In this document: positions 62,501 through 64,000 of the stretch, piece after piece | How positions within the stretch are numbered: position 1 is the first letter of the stretch | Layout of the letters: the number at the start of each line of letters is the position of its first letter | Assembly: GCA_905178155.1 (NCBI GenBank) | Contig: CAJINV010000010.1 | Coordinates: 932,425-996,424, forward strand | Length of the DNA: 64,000 nucleotides | Direction: 5' to 3' | Source: Amoebophrya sp. A120 | Lineage: Eukaryota > Protista > Dinoflagellata | Program-made: the position numbers and the translations under genes | The notes under the pieces: generated by a model | The model's input: only the letters and a program-made list of their open reading frames with translations | The model's database searches: none | What the model was told of the DNA's origin: nothing

Positions 62501-63526
62501 GATTCTAGTGTAGCGTTTGAGATTGTAACACCTCAGCGGGTCATACTGACCTCGCGTCAACCAACTGTGGATCCTCCTCAAGCAGCTCCCGATCCAGCCT
62601 CAACTATGCATCGCAAATACGTTGTCTGGGTCAGGATTTATTATTTGTGATGCCAAAGATGAAGGGCAAAAAAATCTGTGATGCATGAAGAGGAGTAGTG
62701 AGATGTTTTGTCGTGCTGGAAGCACCAGGCGGTTTGTCATGCAAAGGACGGTAGACCTCGCAGTTTGTCTTGCAAGACTCAGCCACAGCAACCCCAATTA
62801 GCTGCGTCTTCATTCCAGACTACACCGACCGATTTGCATTTGATATCAATCTCCTGCTGGACACCATGCACAAAAGCAACACCGAAGGGCCGCCGGAGCA
62901 TAACTATATTGCGCCATCTTCCGGCGGAGGGATGAAGAACTCGATGTTGAACACAGCAGCGGCAGGAGCAGCAGCAACAACCGGAGGTCCAATATGGACC
63001 GCGACCTCGAGCTCGTCCGAAGATGAGGCGACGGGGATGTTGAACAGGATGCGTGTCAGCAGCAGCACGACAAATGCGACTCCTGGCACAGGAGCTGGTC
63101 GTGCCGGGAAAAATGTTACGATGAACAGAGATTCTTCTTCCACCGCGCTTTCTCCTCCTCACCAACCGGACGAAAACGTCGAACAAGACATACATATCCT
63201 GCTGGTTCTGGTGGACGCGCTAAACCAGGCGGACCACTACCTGTCAACGAAGGGGACGAGTTATGCATTGCAAAAGTATCGTACTCGTGCGTCGTACAAA
63301 TTGAAATTGCAACCATGCACATGACAAATCTTGTCCTTGAGGTAAAACAGCATGTCCAAATCCAGTTCTCACGCTGAGGAAATTTGTGATGCCTTTATAC
63401 GAGTACGATACTTTTGCGGAGAATACGAGCGGTGCCGGCGTGGCCTCAGGCACTGTTGTTCCATCTCCGGGCATGCAGCCGTTTTCCTCTGCGTATAATG
63501 ACGAGGAGGCTTGCGCTATTTTGTAG
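56510..63526 (+). CDS. P-loop NTPase, IFI44-like, multi-exon, C-terminal CaaX (CAIL*)
   Basis: INLHLFGPQGSGKTSF (Walker A), HLHDTRG, PHFVFFAID, IPYAVLCTHGD, IVTNYT. The last exon reads ...DEEACAIL* after introner removal. Family assignment is from remembered motif similarity. Confidence 0.65.
56907..57060. mobile_element. TIR introner, family 5
   Basis: TIR, DR tggcg/tagcg. Confidence 0.85.
57142..57394. mobile_element. TIR introner, family 1
   Basis: TIR, DR gtaac/ggaac. Confidence 0.9.
58116..58327. mobile_element. TIR introner, family 2
   Basis: TIR, DR tgcgg. Confidence 0.8.
58416..60446. mobile_element. Family-3 introner carrying a nested 1.7-kb insertion
   Basis: TIR, DR aacac; the two halves match 29937-30257. 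Confidence 0.88.
58480..60184. mobile_element. Nested non-autonomous element with GTAC duplication and subterminal inverted repeats
   Basis: GTAC at 58476-79 and 60185-88; AGCAGATACTTC....AATTTAAGCAGAT is inverted near both ends. Confidence 0.75.
60514..60781. mobile_element. TIR introner, family 1
   Basis: TIR, DR agaca. Confidence 0.9.
61208..61357. mobile_element. TIR introner, family 5
   Basis: TIR, DR accaa/gccaa. Confidence 0.85.
61424..61708. mobile_element. TIR introner, family 6 (3-bp DR)
   Basis: TIR, DR acc; the frame is restored by removing the element plus 3 nt, not plus 5 nt. Confidence 0.75.
61925..62235. mobile_element. TIR introner, singleton family (TATTACAATGAAAAA)
   Basis: TIR, DR cccgc. 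Confidence 0.85.
62279..62545. mobile_element. TIR introner, singleton family (TGTTACAATCTCAAA)
   Basis: TIR, DR ctgac. Confidence 0.8.
62605..62845. mobile_element. TIR introner, family 1 (degenerate)
   Basis: TIR, DR tcaac/tcaat. Confidence 0.8.
63262..63425. mobile_element. TIR introner, family 5
   Basis: TIR, DR cgagt/cgagc. Confidence 0.85.
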
Positions 63527-63937
63527 CGGAGATGAGAACTACGAAGAACGTCAACTACGTCCATGGACTTGTGTACAAATTGACTCTAGTACCTACGGAT
63601 ACAGCTCGAAGATTGTAGACACCGTATACTTAAAAAAGTGGCACGCGTAGATGAACATCAAGTCCTCTGGTCTGTGTAGTACAACGGTTGCAACATGTCC
63701 GGAGGACTAGTGTTGGTCTTGCATTATTTTGTCAACAGGACGAGGGAACTACTGGCACGCTGTTCACACTACATTCGCTTGGTCGTTTCTTTGTTCTCGT
63801 ATTAAGCTCTTCGTGAAAACGGGGGCGGATGGGCCGCACGCGTGCAACACGGGGGCGGGATCTTGTTTGCTTTGGACTTTCTTGCGGAGGAGCTTGAGGG
63901 GGATACTCCCTTTACTGAGGCGGATGGACCACACGGC

Positions 63938-64000
63938 TTCCGTGTTTCCCGGTTTCCGTGTTTCCCGGTTTCCGTGTTTCCCGGTTTCCGTGTTTCCCGG
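63938..64000. repeat. 16-bp tandem repeat (TTCCGTGTTTCCCGGT)n, runs off the window end
   Basis: About four consecutive units are visible. Confidence 0.85.

Noticed and set aside
509-62935. Many short ORFs containing [27 protein letters not shown] or [10 protein letters not shown] as a peptide family
   Set aside because: These are translations of the introner TIRs in different frames.
556-63425. Recurrent GTCTGGGTCTGGAA/TTCCAGACCCAGAC repeats as a CRISPR array
   Set aside because: They are inverted pairs ~250 bp apart flanked by target duplications within eukaryotic exons. There is no regular repeat-spacer period and no cas genes.

Overview
Eukaryotic DNA, probably from an Amoebophrya-like syndinean dinoflagellate. 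This is inferred from the dense non-canonical TIR 'introner' insertions and was not verified by a search. Five host genes lie on the + strand: a 5'-partial TTLL (tubulin glycylase-like), the MTR4 helicase, proteasome alpha-4/PSMA7, a very large USP48-like deubiquitinase, and an IFI44-like P-loop NTPase ending in a CaaX box. Their exons are interrupted by about 47 short elements from several families. Each has TA(T)...(AT)A-type ends, terminal inverted repeats and usually a 5-bp direct repeat. They occur in both orientations and mostly cannot use GT-AG splice sites. The main finding is a 16.86-kb tyrosine-recombinase retrotransposon (31360-48218) inside a USP exon, arranged as A1-[gag-like, 3 accessory genes, YR]-B1-A2-[RT-RNaseH]-B2. 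It carries a splice donor 28 nt inside its left end and an acceptor 17 nt inside its right end. Splicing would remove it as a 16.8-kb GT-AG intron and leave a 45-nt footprint that is in frame and stop-free in all three frames. The element also contains at least 8 predicted GT-AG introns of its own, one inside the RT catalytic core. All splicing statements are predictions from reading-frame logic done by hand, with no RNA data.
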